A stretch of DNA of 64,000 bases, taken from positions 1,054,001 to 1,118,000 of the forward strand of contig JBNJNM010000009.1 of assembly GCA_052426225.1 (NCBI GenBank), given 5' to 3'. The DNA comes from Zancudomyces culisetae HAW-14-8. Its lineage: Eukaryota > Fungi > Kickxellomycota. The notes beneath the pieces are model-generated. The model had not been told where the DNA came from and searched no databases. It was given only the letters and a program-made list of their open reading frames with translations. Below are positions 62,343 through 64,000 of the stretch, piece by piece. The position numbers and the translations under genes are program-made. The first letter of the stretch is position 1, and every line of letters begins with the position of its first letter.

Positions 62343-64000
62343 TTGGATCAACCAAAATACATATTATTATTGCTGTCATTTTTCGGTGTAGTTCATTTCA
62401 TGTTATTATCACTTGCAAACCATTTTCACCACTCTCCCATACCCTCTCTCTTGCTCTCTAGTTCTGCAGCATTTAATCAACCCCGAACCTCCCTCCTCCT
62501 CTCCCCTAAATTGACAAATGTGAGAACAAATACATTATAATTTTACCTACCTTTAAAATCAATCGACATTTTATATCTGCGCATAAACATACAACCCAGT
62601 AATTTGAAGTTTTCCAGGAGCTATGCTATCCTTAATTCGAATAGTTGTAAAGTGTGTACTGATGTTTAACTCTGAATGACTATTACTACCACAACACTTT
62701 GCGATATCCAATATCAACAGCTATCCCTGAATATCTTGTACGTTTTTTATTCTTGCAGAAAGGTCAATCCAAAGTATACTAGCTATTATCGCTGTTCCTT
62801 ATATCAGCAAGGTTTTCAATGGTTAAAAAATAATATTGCAACTAATGATTACTTCCAGCTGTTACTTGGTACCCAAAACAAAGGCTAAACGTGTATTTAT
62901 ATTCAAAGTTCAAGTATATAGGGAGCGTAAAAACATGTATATACGGGCCTGCTATATATATTCTACAAACTCTATCACCGTCGTTTAACTTGGTCTTACT
63001 CTTTTTCTACATTTTCTCGTCCGTTTCCTTGAGTCATGTACGGTTTATGCCATTTTGGGTGATGAATGTACCGAATAAAATACATTGTAACATAAGAGAA
63101 CAAATAATACTTTGAACCAAAGTATATATGCTCCCGACAATAAAGCATTAGTATGTTTTTGATTCTTACTTTACCATTTGGTTGTGTGTAATCCCTCGAA
63201 TATAAGGACTCATAGTCATTACAACCATTCTGCAACATCTAATGCGACAATTATTCCGCTTTTATTCTCCTTTTTTTTTGTACCACATATCCTCAAAAAT
63301 AAACAGTAAAACATCCTAAAACAAACGAGCATGTAAACTCTTCATTTGCCTCCATACTAAATGCATGTTTCTATAAAACAATAATAAAAATAAAAATAAA
63401 AATAGGTGGGATGAGGCTCAAGGACAATGTTACCCGAAAACATTGTTGCTCACGGTTTAGTCTTGAACAAAATTTATTCCAGAATATAGGGAAAAGAGAT
63501 ACACCATTCAGCATATATGAACCACTAAACATCACAATTATATTTAGGTTTGCTAGTAATATGCTCATTTCTGGCTGCACTTGTCTTGATCATTAAAAGC
63601 TTATAACTATCATTGTGATGTGTGTTTTTTACTTTTTTTTTTTGAAAAAAATGCAGAATATAATAAGGGTTAATAGTTCCATAAATGATGATAAGAAGAG
63701 CCCAGTAGTACAATGTTTTTGAATAGTTTGTATCAGGTATGTAGAAGCTAGAGATCTAGTATCTAATATCTAGCATTTTGCTGAGGTGTCGTGTGTTTTC
63801 ATCATCACAACTCCTTATAAATGCCCATATACATCACAATTTTTTTCTTTTTTTTTTACCTTGTTTGCTTTGCTGAGTTTTAACCAGAAAACTGAGACAA
63901 TGAAAGTCGTATTTTGAAGCAAGGACCAGTGGAAAGGACGCTTAAAAAATGTCAATTTTTACTCCTTTTTTTTGAGAGTAAGTGAGAGGTATAGGTTGGG

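Overview
AT-rich, intron-containing eukaryotic DNA, most likely from an early-diverging fungus. The cobalamin adenosyltransferase, aladin, Mei2-like gene and A-rich 3' splice sites suggest a Kickxellomycotina/Harpellales-type genome (inference). About 22 protein genes can be reconstructed: mL59, an allantoicase-like protein, FES1 plus a divergent tandem paralog, SNF1, Sls1-like, RPS29, Swt1-like PIN, TRM13, securin-like, HOM6, MMAB, a small HMG/YABBY protein, OLA1, an MFS transporter, PPCDC, two GPI-like proteins, aladin, ULP1, Pmp3-like, RPB1 and a 9-exon Mei2-like gene. There is also a tandem tRNA-Glu/tRNA-iMet pair. The main oddities are: four roughly symmetric purine-to-pyrimidine skew domains whose switch points fall inside CDSs; a dimeric tRNA gene with a 2-nt spacer; a FES1 duplicate with the same intron phases and internal exon lengths but a very divergent protein; an apparently catalytically degenerate allantoicase with a myristoylation motif; convergent CDSs overlapping by 8 nt; and an OLA1 with an in-frame presequence-like extension. 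No clear transposon, CRISPR array or rRNA was seen.
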